From Patescibacteria group bacterium (GTDB taxonomy: Bacteria; Patescibacteriota; Patescibacteriia; UM-FILTER-42-10), in contig JBAYGC010000004.1 in assembly GCA_041666845.1 (NCBI GenBank), positions 7,965-71,964 of the forward strand: 64,000 nucleotides of DNA, written 5' to 3'. Each line of letters starts with the position of its first letter. Within the stretch, counting starts at the first letter, position 1. The notes below the pieces were generated by a model that saw only the letters and a list, made by a program, of their open reading frames with translations, did no database searches and was not told where the DNA came from. Positions 8,937 to 17,561 of this stretch are shown one piece after another. Position numbers and translations under genes: made by a program.

Positions 8937-9043
8937 TTTGGTAAGAAACACCCGCAAGCGCGAATTGCATTTACTATTCAAAAAAATAATGGTTGATTTT
9001 TTTGTCCAGATGTGTTACAATAAGCATATTAATCACCCAAACA

Positions 9044-9366
9044 TGAATATCGAAATAATCCGTAATGTAATACTGGCAATCGGTTGGCCAGTTTTATTTG
9101 TTTTCAGTCTTTACATATTTTTGATTGGTAAAAAGGTTTATTCCGTGATCAAGGGTTCTTTGGTCGGGAAAATTACCAAAGTGCTAATATATTCAATGCT
9201 GATTGAGATGTACAGTCTGGGCATCGTCAGTACGATGTATCTTTTTGAGAATGCTAAAGGAGTATATGTCGTCCTGCCCGTATTTATTGTCTGGGGTTTT
9301 GTCTTTGCCTGGAGCATTAACACAATTAAAAAATCGAGTGATTTAACCAATAATATTACAAAATAA
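9044..9366 (+). CDS. Small 3-TM membrane protein, tandem paralog A
   Basis: Starting at MNIEIIRNVILAIGWPVLF, it aligns with paralog B (MSLELMRNTILFIGWPILI). Shared core: KGSLVGKITKVL.Y.ML.EMYSLGIVST.Y.FENAKGVY.VLPVF. The longer ORF from 8938 is likely an over-extension. Confidence 0.5.
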
Positions 9367-9381
9367 TTAACTAATAAATTT

Positions 9382-9708
9382 ATGTCGCTAGAACTTATGA
9401 GAAATACTATATTATTCATTGGATGGCCGATATTGATCGGCGGCTCAATCTACATTTTTGTCAAAGGCAGGAGCGTTTACCAACTGGTCAAAGGATCGTT
9501 GGTCGGTAAAATAACCAAAGTTCTGGTTTATACCATGCTGGTTGAGATGTATTCACTGGGAATTGTCAGTACCGCTTATATGTTTGAAAATGCCAAAGGA
9601 GTTTACTGGGTACTGCCGGTATTTACCGGGTGGTTCATTACTTTTGTTTGGTCACTGAAAACACTAAAATCTGCTGGCGAGGAAGCCAAAAAAATTACCC
9701 AAGGATAA
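9382..9708 (+). CDS. Small 3-TM membrane protein, tandem paralog B
   Basis: 108 aa, about 60% identical to paralog A. Lies upstream of the histidine kinase. Confidence 0.55.
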   Translation: MSLELMRNTILFIGWPILIGGSIYIFVKGRSVYQLVKGSLVGKITKVLVYTMLVEMYSLGIVSTAYMFENAKGVYWVLPVFTGWFITFVWSLKTLKSAGEEAKKITQG

Positions 9709-9729
9709 AAAATTATTAACGTTAAAAAA

Positions 9730-10005
9730 ATGGCAAACGGTGAAGAATACAAAAATATAATGAGCGAGATGATTAAAAAGCAAATAGTCATCTTAGGGCC
9801 GGATATTGCAATTATGAAGGCAAAGAATGTTACCGAACTGACGATCAACCCGGATGGAGAGGTAACAGAAATCAACGGAGAACCGCAAGTGGCATTACAA
9901 AGATTAATTGACGAATATGTTGCGCTTTCGGGTTTAATTGTCAAAAAGACAATGGAACCTCTATTAGCAAAATATCCTTCAGTAGTAGTTGAGCAAAAAC
10001 AATAA
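9730..10005 (+). CDS. Hypothetical small soluble protein
   Basis: 91-aa ORF between the TM paralogs and the kinase. No motif recognised. Confidence 0.4.
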   Translation: MANGEEYKNIMSEMIKKQIVILGPDIAIMKAKNVTELTINPDGEVTEINGEPQVALQRLIDEYVALSGLIVKKTMEPLLAKYPSVVVEQKQ

Positions 10006-10028
10006 ATCTCAATAGAATTATAGAATTC

Positions 10029-11777
10029 ATGAATCAAACAAATGTAATGTTGATATTTATTTTTTCAGTTGTTATTGTTGCAATTGTTATTAGTTTTTGC
10101 ATTTATATCAGAAAATTACGTGGTACACTAAAAGCTGAAAGTGAAAAAAGAGAATCAGAAAACAGCCGGCGCATGTATGAGCTGTCAATTCTCAAAGAAA
10201 TCGGGGAAAGAGCCGGTTATTCATTAAATACTCAAAGGATTGCCGACATTATCACCGGTTCTTTAAAGGAACTAATTGATTATTCCACTACCTCCTACAT
10301 CCTGGAAGATTCTCAAAAGAAAGAACTGCTTTTTAAGTGCGAAGTTGAAGAAAGCGTCAGCCCGAAATTTGTAGAAGATGTAAAGAGCAGAATGGTAGCG
10401 GCGCTTTCGATATTAACCGACCAGAATTATCAGGAACGAAAGATTGAAGAAGTCGTTGCGGGGACTATTTTGGACGATGAGAATAATGAGCCTTTGAGTT
10501 CATTTTTTAATATTCCGCTGACCGTAGGTGACAAAGTTGTCGGTATTCTGAACGTGTCCAGCACTAAAACTGGCTTGTATAAAGAAGATGAGATGACCAT
10601 CCTGTATAAAATAACCGCACAGGCATCCAATGCCGTTACCCGTCTACAAGACGTATTGGACTCCGAGCAGAGCAAACTGAACGCCATGGTGGTCAGCATG
10701 GCTGACGGAGTATTGATGATTGATAGAGAAAACAGGGTATATGTTATTAATCCCAAAGTTAAAGAACTACTGGGGATAGAAAGTGAAGAAATATCCATAT
10801 TTGATATTATTGAGGCTTTTGAGGGCAAGGTGGATTTCAGAACCAAACTTGAAGAGTGTATAAAACTGAACCGTCAGGAAGTGGTTGAAGAAACCTATCT
10901 GCAACACCGGTACATCCGAATTCTGTTCTCACCAGTCAAAGATAAAAACAAAGAAACTTTAGGAGCTGTGATTATTCTGCATGATATTACACATGACAAA
11001 GAACTGGAAAAGGTTAAAGAGGACTTCACCAGTATGATGGTGCACGATCTACGCTCTCCTTTGAACGGGATCCGGCTGATTTCTGAAATGCTACAGGATA
11101 AGAAAATGCCGAAGGATCAGTTTTTGCAGTCGGCAAAGATGATTCACGAAAGCACTACTAACATCCTGGAGCTGGTTAATGATTTACTGGACGTTGCCAA
11201 ATTAGAAGCAGGTAAATTTATTGTCGCTAAAGAAAAGGGTGATTTGAAATCGGTAATTACCAGCAGGATCAATTTCTTTCAGGCTCTCGCTAACGAAAAA
11301 AATATAAAACTTGATTCCTATTGGGAACCGGATATTGAACAAATTCCGTTTGATGAAAAAGAAATAGTACAAGTTTTGAATAATCTCCTGTCCAACGCAA
11401 TCAAGTTTACCAATAAAAATGGTAAAGTAACCGTACAAACACTGCTCCTAAAAAAAGATGAAGACGTTAATAAGAAAGCGGATGCCAATAAAATTAAATG
11501 GTTTATTTCGAATGCATCCCCTGCTCTGATGCAGAGTAAAAATGATTTGTTAATCTGCGCCGTCACTGATAACGGCAGTGGCATTGAACAGGATAAAATT
11601 AAAAAGCTGTTTAATAAATTCCAGCAGGTAGAAAGCGGTAAAAAATCAGAGGTAAAAGGGACAGGGCTGGGTTTAGTAATCGCCAAGGGCATAATTGAAG
11701 CGCATGGTGGCATGGTTGGTGTTGAATCCGTAATGAAAAAAGGTAGTACGTTTTATTTTACATTACCATTAGAATAA
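10029..11777 (+). CDS. Sensor histidine kinase (N-terminal TM, GAF-like and PAS-like regions, HisKA H-box, HATPase_c)
   Basis: N-terminal TM helix. H-box MVHDLRSPLNGI, N-box LSNAIKFT, G-boxes DNGSGI and GTGLGLVIAKGIIEAHGG. Confidence 0.85.
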   Translation: MNQTNVMLIFIFSVVIVAIVISFCIYIRKLRGTLKAESEKRESENSRRMYELSILKEIGERAGYSLNTQRIADIITGSLKELIDYSTTSYILEDSQKKELLFKCEVEESVSPKFVEDVKSRMVAALSILTDQNYQERKIEEVVAGTILDDENNEPLSSFFNIPLTVGDKVVGILNVSSTKTGLYKEDEMTILYKITAQASNAVTRLQDVLDSEQSKLNAMVVSMADGVLMIDRENRVYVINPKVKELLGIESEEISIFDIIEAFEGKVDFRTKLEECIKLNRQEVVEETYLQHRYIRILFSPVKDKNKETLGAVIILHDITHDKELEKVKEDFTSMMVHDLRSPLNGIRLISEMLQDKKMPKDQFLQSAKMIHESTTNILELVNDLLDVAKLEAGKFIVAKEKGDLKSVITSRINFFQALANEKNIKLDSYWEPDIEQIPFDEKEIVQVLNNLLSNAIKFTNKNGKVTVQTLLLKKDEDVNKKADANKIKWFISNASPALMQSKNDLLICAVTDNGSGIEQDKIKKLFNKFQQVESGKKSEVKGTGLGLVIAKGIIEAHGGMVGVESVMKKGSTFYFTLPLE

Positions 11778-11791
11778 TTTATAATACAAAT

Positions 11792-12160
11792 ATGGCAAAA
11801 AAAATATTAGTCATCGACGATGACGATGCAATCCAACAAGTTGTAAAATCTGCCCTCCTTTCCGAAGGCTATGAGGTAAGAATTGCCGATGATGGCAAAG
11901 AGGGTATAAAAGTAGTTAAAGAATTCGAACCGGACTTGATAATACTGGATATTATAATGCCGGTAATGGATGGTTTGGGGTTCTTAAAAGAAAATAAAAA
12001 TAAATCAATTCCAGTCATTATACTGACTTCTCTGGGCAAAGATGATAATGAGCAGAAATTTATTGATCTGGGAGCCAAGCATTTTCTGCAGAAGAGTATT
12101 GTACATATTGATGATATTAAACAAAAAATTGCTGAGGTATTGAAAGAGAAAAGCAAATAG
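11792..12160 (+). CDS. Stand-alone response-regulator receiver (CheY-like) domain protein
   Basis: KKILVIDDDDAIQ…DLIILDIIMPVMDGLGF…ILTSLG receiver signature. 122 aa, with no output domain. Confidence 0.8.
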   Translation: MAKKILVIDDDDAIQQVVKSALLSEGYEVRIADDGKEGIKVVKEFEPDLIILDIIMPVMDGLGFLKENKNKSIPVIILTSLGKDDNEQKFIDLGAKHFLQKSIVHIDDIKQKIAEVLKEKSK

Positions 12161-12176
12161 CAAATTGGGTAAATTG

Positions 12177-12206
12177 AAAACCTCGGGACAAACCCGGGGT
12201 TTTATT
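12177..12206 (+). terminator. Rho-independent terminator after the two-component module
   Basis: aaaa cctcggg acaaa cccgggg ttttatt. Confidence 0.6.
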
Positions 12207-12217
12207 ATTGATCTTTT

Positions 12218-12362
12218 TTTATTGTTCACCCCCACACTGACTTTGGTTTCGTGTGGTTTCTTCTTATAACGATAGAAAATAGCACATAAAGTGAATAATG
12301 AAGACCAGTATTTGCACACATCATCAATCAAATTGGTTTTAGTAACAAACAAATATGTTTTC
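12218..12362 (-). pseudogene. Relic fragment of a PPDK_N ATP-grasp gene (duplicate of 7283-7432)
   Basis: About 85% nucleotide identity to the internal part of 6877..7824. It encodes …CKYWSSLFTLCAIFYRYKKKPHETKVSVGV…, which matches VRKCWSSLFTPRAIFYRFEKKLHKTKVSVGVV in the intact gene. It lacks both gene ends, and the ORF-track entry 12005..12352 is only this relic. Confidence 0.55.
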
Positions 12363-12380
12363 GCCCTCCCCCTTCAGCCA

Positions 12381-12409
12381 TTGACAAATATGCAAAAATG
12401 GTATATAAT
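12381..12409 (+). promoter_or_regulatory. Consensus sigma70 promoter (TTGACA-17-TATAAT) driving GC-rich cassette 2
   Basis: TTGACA at 12381-12386 and TATAAT at 12404-12409. The leader at 12410-12599 is about 90% identical to the cassette-1 leader. Confidence 0.7.
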
Positions 12410-12599
12410 CCCCTGTTAATTAACCTGCTAAAAGTAGGTCTAAGGCAGGCAGTTTTATTGGATTGCGTTAGTCAAATAAAACAGCGTGCTTTTGCACATA
12501 GTTGCCCATTCGAAAACAATTGAGGAGTAATCCTCATAACAATACATTCGCTGCGTGAGCACGTGGCGAAGCAGGATCCCCCAAGCCAAGGAGTTCGTG

Positions 12600-13247
12600 A
12601 TGGAAATGGGACAGATGATCCAAATGATCTTTTCCGCGATTCCCGACGGTACCACCCGCGTGTCCTTGCTTGGTCGGCATTCGCTGTCCGTGCAGGACGG
12701 GCCCAACGACACCCGCGCGCTCTCGCCCAAGGGCATCGAACTCTGTCACGAGGTGCGTGGTTTCTACGCTCATCTCGTCCTGAATCTGGAACTCATCGGC
12801 AACGCCTCCTACTACTATTCCCAGATGGCACGTTCACTCATAACCATCCGGGAGATTCTGCTTCCGCGTAACTTCATCCTGGATGAACGACTGAACCTGC
12901 TGGCCAGCCTGAAGAAGATACAGGGCGGCGCCTGGTTCAAGGCGCAGAAGGACACCGGGCATTCCGATGTGGAGATTATCCGCGCCTTCCTGACCGATTC
13001 CAGCATCGGCGCCGGCCAGCCGTTCAAGCAGAACGCCGCGAACTACCTGGCCTGGGCTACCGAACCATACGGCCACCGTCTGCGAGTCGCTTTCGCACAT
13101 GAGGTGGCCTGTTCCCTGGCGGCCCACCCCTATCTCGACTCCGATGTCGAACCCGGCCTGTCCGAATGTCAGGCCTACCTGTTCTGCGTGGACGACTCGG
13201 GCAATGTCCTGCGCGTGATCAAGGTCACCCCTCCGGCTACCCTGTAG
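12600..13247 (+). CDS. GC-rich ORF of unknown function, cassette paralog 2 (215 aa)
   Basis: Same ribosome-binding-site context (AAGGAGttcgtgATG). About 60% aa identity to 8214..8867, with an identical C-terminus and 3' UTR. Confidence 0.7.
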   Translation: MEMGQMIQMIFSAIPDGTTRVSLLGRHSLSVQDGPNDTRALSPKGIELCHEVRGFYAHLVLNLELIGNASYYYSQMARSLITIREILLPRNFILDERLNLLASLKKIQGGAWFKAQKDTGHSDVEIIRAFLTDSSIGAGQPFKQNAANYLAWATEPYGHRLRVAFAHEVACSLAAHPYLDSDVEPGLSECQAYLFCVDDSGNVLRVIKVTPPATL

Positions 13248-13276
13248 CCAACTCGCTCATTCCTCGCTTTTCGAAA

Positions 13277-13316
13277 GGTTCCCATTCACTCTCACGAATG
13301 CTCGGAGCCTTTTTTC
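13277..13316 (+). terminator. Rho-independent terminator of cassette 2 (identical to 8897-8936)
   Basis: Identical sequence to the cassette-1 terminator. Confidence 0.6.
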
Positions 13317-13386
13317 TTTGGGAAAAACTTGAAATTTTATCAAAATAATGCCAATATTACACTAATAGACAATTAAACATAAACTT

Positions 13387-14280
13387 ATGAAAGAAATCGG
13401 ACCAATAGCAGTAGATAAAATTGAACAAGGAAAGGAAAGGGAAGGAGAATTACCAAAAATGACCGTCTTTTTATTACGCCATGGAGAAAGTAATAATGAC
13501 AAAACAAATCCCAATCGAGGACTTACTAACAAGGGTACGGAGCAGGTAACAGAAAGCATTAATCAGATATTAAATAGCCTATTGTTAGAAGGCAATCCGG
13601 ACTTTGAAGCATGGGATAATGAAGAGTCAAGAATAACCGCCGTTCAAAATGCCATCCAAAATGTAGAATTCCATCTGAGAGATTCCGGTACTGCCAGAAC
13701 ATTGGAGCAGGTTTGGCTGGAATATGAAATACTAAAACAATACGGAGTACCGGAAGAACACATTTATCTGCCACAAAGCGCATTTGAATATAAAGATAAA
13801 GAACCGGACGAAAAAGCCGGTCCCGGCATAGCTAAAAGGCTCAAAGGAGTTCAAGGAATGGACCAGAACCCGGCATATAGGACTAAAATCAAATCAAAGG
13901 AATACCAAGAACGCGTTGGTGCAACCGGAGACATGATGGCCTGGGCCATTTCACCCGAAGAAGATGTCCCGGATGATGTTGAAAAAAGAAGTCACATGGA
14001 AGAACGTTACGCGTCTGATATTGCGAAACTTGACCGGGTAGTCACCCACAAAATGGAAGGTTATCCAAAACGGGTAGTAGCGATTGCCAATTCCCATGCT
14101 TCCATTGCTACTATTGCCGCCGCCAAAGAATCTGGAATCCCACTCGAAAAACTCATGGGGAAAATCGGGGAAGTGCCGGAAGCTCAGGGTTTGCGTTATG
14201 ATTTTTATGAAGGTGAAACTGAACATACAGCCAAACCCTTCGGCCCTGAGATGGAACAGGTTATAACAGAATTGAGATAA
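13387..14280 (+). CDS. Histidine phosphatase superfamily (phosphoglycerate-mutase/SixA-like, RHG motif) protein
   Basis: The N-terminal motif VFLLRHGES is the catalytic RHG signature of branch-1 histidine phosphatases. The true start is possibly the internal Met at 13459 (MTVFLLRHGES). Confidence 0.65.
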   Translation: MKEIGPIAVDKIEQGKEREGELPKMTVFLLRHGESNNDKTNPNRGLTNKGTEQVTESINQILNSLLLEGNPDFEAWDNEESRITAVQNAIQNVEFHLRDSGTARTLEQVWLEYEILKQYGVPEEHIYLPQSAFEYKDKEPDEKAGPGIAKRLKGVQGMDQNPAYRTKIKSKEYQERVGATGDMMAWAISPEEDVPDDVEKRSHMEERYASDIAKLDRVVTHKMEGYPKRVVAIANSHASIATIAAAKESGIPLEKLMGKIGEVPEAQGLRYDFYEGETEHTAKPFGPEMEQVITELR

Positions 14281-14291
14281 TAGAAATACTA

Positions 14292-14366
14292 CAAAAACCG
14301 TTCCCCCGCGTCCGCGTCCGCCAGTTGGCGGAGGTGGATAGCAGATAACAAATAGGACGGTTTTTT
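14292..14366. terminator. Bidirectional terminator region between convergent genes
   Basis: The long-range stem caaaaaccgttcc … ggacggtttttt encloses the GC hairpin ccgccagttggcgg. A/T runs lie on both sides. Confidence 0.45.
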
Positions 14367-14374
14367 GATCTACA

Positions 14375-15883
14375 TTATTTAATCTTCAATATCCCGGTAT
14401 TACCATCTACTGCCACGATTTGTCCGTCTTTAAGAATCTTGGTTGTCATTCTCAAGCCAATAATTCCGGGAATTCCTGCCTCACGAGCTAGAGTGGCAGG
14501 ATGTGAAGTAATCCCCGGCCCTCCATCACAAATCAGCGCTGAAGCTATAGAAAGCACTTGAGTAAATACAGGCGTAGCTTGCAGAGTACATATAATATCT
14601 CCCCTTTTCACTTTATGGAATGAATCTGGATTAATCACAATCTTCACCGGCCCCTTGGCAACACCCGGTGAAACAGCCATACCTACTAATTCTTTTACGT
14701 TCTTGTCTACTTCCACAAATTTTTTATAATACTGTTTCGCTTTTTCTCCTGTAAACAAACTCGTTTTGCCATTTTCCATAATAAACGCACACAGCTTTAT
14801 TCTTTCATTAAGGATATTACTCATATCTAAATCTTTGGTAAGCATCGGTCTGACTTCTGCGGTTCGCAAATGACGCGCCTGGCGCATGGAAAGCCCGCCA
14901 CGCCGAGCTATTTCCATCAAAATCGGATCATAGTAATAAAGGGTCTGTGAGACAATGCTTTTCCGCAGTTCTTTATAGTAGATCCCTTCGCGCATTGTTT
15001 GAAATAAGCGTTGATGTTTTTTGTCAATTTTTAATTTATCTTGAATCTCATTTATCTTCGTGTCAATTTCTTTTTCCTTTATCAGCATTTTTTCTAATAT
15101 ATTCCCAGGATTTCTTTTTAGATGCTTTTTAAAACGAATGATAAAATCTTCGTATGTTAATACCGGATCGTCATAATCCCTAGTAATCCAAAAGAATTTT
15201 CTCTCATGATTCTTTATTAATCTCAATAACTCTTTATCTTTTTGAATAGAGCTAGTGGTATTTATGACATTTCCCATAAAATAATCTGCCCACTTTTTTC
15301 GCTTATTAATAATCTTGCATATTTTTAAAGCAGCTAAAGTTTCCTGCCTACTTACCATTGCTTTTGTTTCTGTAATAAGAGCATCCACATAATGCGCGGC
15401 TTTTTTTGTATCCGATTCTTTAGCGGCTATATACTCCTGCAAATATTTAAACAAATAGTTTTCTATAGCCAAAATCGGGAAATAGTGGGAATACACCTGT
15501 TTATAGCGTCTTTCGTATTCCTCGTGCAATCCCGCCAACCTGCTGTTACTTACTGTTCTAAGTTTTTTTAGATTATTATTCTTCTTCAGAAATCCATAGA
15601 AGCTTTTGGCAAACGCCTTCTGTGTTTTACCAAGCTTAATAAACATGTCCGGCTTTAGAAATACTATTTTTAAAACATGCTTCCCCACTCGTTCGTGATC
15701 GGCCTTATCAAAATACAAATACATATGATTCTCTTCAAACATCTGCACTATTCTTTTATAGGTAGTCCCGACTACATTTTTTAGCTCTTTTCCGATTGAC
15801 TCCATTGAAAGGTAATTTGGAAAAGGGCTCATCCGCTGCCTTTGGGATATTTGGAACCATACGATTTTTTTATTCTTGATCAT
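14375..15883 (-). CDS. PEP-utilizing-enzyme mobile (phosphohistidine swivel) domain protein, paralog 1; divergent ~390-aa helical N-domain
   Basis: C-terminal GGPGITSHPATLAREAGIPGIIG plus upstream GVAKGPVKIV…GDIICTLQATP match Pfam PEP-utilizers with the catalytic His. No ATP-grasp or PEP-binding TIM barrel. Confidence 0.8.
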   Translation of the reverse strand: MIKNKKIVWFQISQRQRMSPFPNYLSMESIGKELKNVVGTTYKRIVQMFEENHMYLYFDKADHERVGKHVLKIVFLKPDMFIKLGKTQKAFAKSFYGFLKKNNNLKKLRTVSNSRLAGLHEEYERRYKQVYSHYFPILAIENYLFKYLQEYIAAKESDTKKAAHYVDALITETKAMVSRQETLAALKICKIINKRKKWADYFMGNVINTTSSIQKDKELLRLIKNHERKFFWITRDYDDPVLTYEDFIIRFKKHLKRNPGNILEKMLIKEKEIDTKINEIQDKLKIDKKHQRLFQTMREGIYYKELRKSIVSQTLYYYDPILMEIARRGGLSMRQARHLRTAEVRPMLTKDLDMSNILNERIKLCAFIMENGKTSLFTGEKAKQYYKKFVEVDKNVKELVGMAVSPGVAKGPVKIVINPDSFHKVKRGDIICTLQATPVFTQVLSIASALICDGGPGITSHPATLAREAGIPGIIGLRMTTKILKDGQIVAVDGNTGILKIK

Positions 15884-16013
15884 GATACAATAATATGTTT
15901 AGTGCTTTATTAAATTGGCTGTAGCTTTTCATTAAGATAATTAACTTAATTTGGGATTTTTTGTTCATAGTTTGTTACTCGTTAGGAATATGAAGCTTTA
16001 GCTCCATTTGTAT

Positions 16014-17540
16014 TCAATAAACCTGAGAGTTTATATTCCTTTTAATGATGCCTTTTGTCGCGTCTACTTCCACCACGTCACCATCCTTGAATACTTTAGT
16101 GGCAACCTCTGTACCAATTATACATGGTATTCCCAATTCCCGGGATACTATTGCTGCATGGCAGGTAATACCACCAGCATTAGTAACAATGGCAGCTGCT
16201 TTATTCATAGCTGGCACCAATGATGGATTGGTGGAATAACTAAGCAAAATATCACCCTCATTGAATTTGTTCAAATCGCCAGTGGAATTAATTATCTTCA
16301 CAATGCCTTTGGCTTTGCCCGGATAGGCTACTTGACCTCTGATAATATCACTGTGTTTAATATTGGGCTTGGTCTGGACAAATAATTTTTTAAATTCTTT
16401 AGCCTTCGCACCAGTATAAAAGCCAACTCGACCATTTATTAAAATATGAGCTGAACATTGATACCGTTCATTTAATTGATTGTTAGTAAATGCTTTTTTG
16501 TTTTTTAACAAAATATCCTGATACTCAGCTCTAGTGACATAACGAGCCTGTAGTGGTGACCAATAAAAACGACTGGCAATTTCTTGATACCATCTGCCCA
16601 TAGCATAATTATGGTAATAAACCTGAACTTCTTTCCTAATTTCTTTTAAATAAGCTAGCTCCCGAACAATCTCGATTTGGTGCCATTCTTCTTTAGTAAA
16701 AAATGATTTTGCTTTGCTGTGAAACTTTTTAAGTTCAGCTAACCTTTTCTGTTTTATCCTTATTTCTTTATCAGGAAATATCCCCCATCGCCTTTTGACT
16801 AGATCAAGATAATATTCTGGACCAGCAGGCGGACCAACATAATAATATTGCAACCAGCCAAACTTTTCGGCCAGTCTTTTCAAATCGTTTTGAGCGTCAG
16901 TGGATAATTCTCCTATATTTTTACTATTTTTAAACTGTCTTAATAAATCTTTATTTTTCTTTGTTTTACTAATAAATTTTAAAACTGATAAATTTTCTTC
17001 GCTAATAGCGGTCGGCTTAGTAGAAGCAACTAAATTACTAAATACAATTTCCGGGTTACCTAATTTTTTTAACTTAAGCTCTAATTCTTGATATAAATTC
17101 ACCGAAAATTTAACCCTACTCATATCCAGTGTTTGCACTACCAAACCCCATTTCCAGCACTCAGCAAAAACATCATACAAGCCACAGTAAATTTTAAATA
17201 ACTGATTGTTTGTTTTCATCTTTAGATTGTCGGCCAATAAACGTCGACATAATATTTTCATCATTTTAAAAGCATCATAGTGGCCACGACAAAGCTGCTG
17301 AAAAAACTTTTTATCTTTAATTAACTTCTGACCAAAATAATCCCCTGCTTTTATAAACTGCGATTCTACGGGCCCCCAAGTCACAAAATCTTTTTCAAAA
17401 ACAAATAAACTCTCCAACTTTAATTTGTTGGCAGAAAGTTTTGGCAAATCTATCTTAAAATTTTTCTCATTCAAAATACACCAAGGAGTCAAAGCTACAT
17501 TATAATCCTCAACTAAAATGACAAATTTTCTTTTTGGCAT
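16014..17540 (-). CDS. PEP-utilizing mobile domain protein, paralog 2
   Basis: C-terminal GGITCHAAIVSRELGIPCIIG and AYPGKAKGIVKII…GDILLSYSTNP. Confidence 0.8.
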   Translation of the reverse strand: MPKRKFVILVEDYNVALTPWCILNEKNFKIDLPKLSANKLKLESLFVFEKDFVTWGPVESQFIKAGDYFGQKLIKDKKFFQQLCRGHYDAFKMMKILCRRLLADNLKMKTNNQLFKIYCGLYDVFAECWKWGLVVQTLDMSRVKFSVNLYQELELKLKKLGNPEIVFSNLVASTKPTAISEENLSVLKFISKTKKNKDLLRQFKNSKNIGELSTDAQNDLKRLAEKFGWLQYYYVGPPAGPEYYLDLVKRRWGIFPDKEIRIKQKRLAELKKFHSKAKSFFTKEEWHQIEIVRELAYLKEIRKEVQVYYHNYAMGRWYQEIASRFYWSPLQARYVTRAEYQDILLKNKKAFTNNQLNERYQCSAHILINGRVGFYTGAKAKEFKKLFVQTKPNIKHSDIIRGQVAYPGKAKGIVKIINSTGDLNKFNEGDILLSYSTNPSLVPAMNKAAAIVTNAGGITCHAAIVSRELGIPCIIGTEVATKVFKDGDVVEVDATKGIIKRNINSQVY

Positions 17541-17561
17541 ATTATTAAATACATAATCATA

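Noticed and set aside
8938-9043. Upstream extension of small TM paralog A (start at 8938)
   Set aside because: Paralog B begins at the position equivalent to 9044 (MSLELMRN vs MNIEIIRN), and the extension runs over the cassette-1 terminator.
12005-12352. 115-aa minus-strand ORF downstream of the response regulator
   Set aside because: Only the 12218-12362 part is homologous, to an internal segment of the PPDK_N gene. The rest reads through the RR 3' end and terminator, so it is a relic, not a gene.
12534-13127. Alternative-frame/antisense ORFs inside GC-rich cassette 2 (12563-12871 +, 12534-12773 -, 12815-13027 -, 12834-13127 -, 12455-12736 -)
   Set aside because: Same reasoning as cassette 1. 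The synonymous third-position substitution pattern supports only the 12600-13247 frame.
8214-13247. Interpreting the two GC-rich 650-bp units as large structured ncRNAs (GOLLD/ROOL/HEARO-like) or as a DGR template/variable-repeat pair
   Set aside because: Differences between the copies are concentrated at codon third positions (mostly synonymous), indicating protein-coding constraint. The substitutions are not adenine-specific and no reverse transcriptase is nearby.
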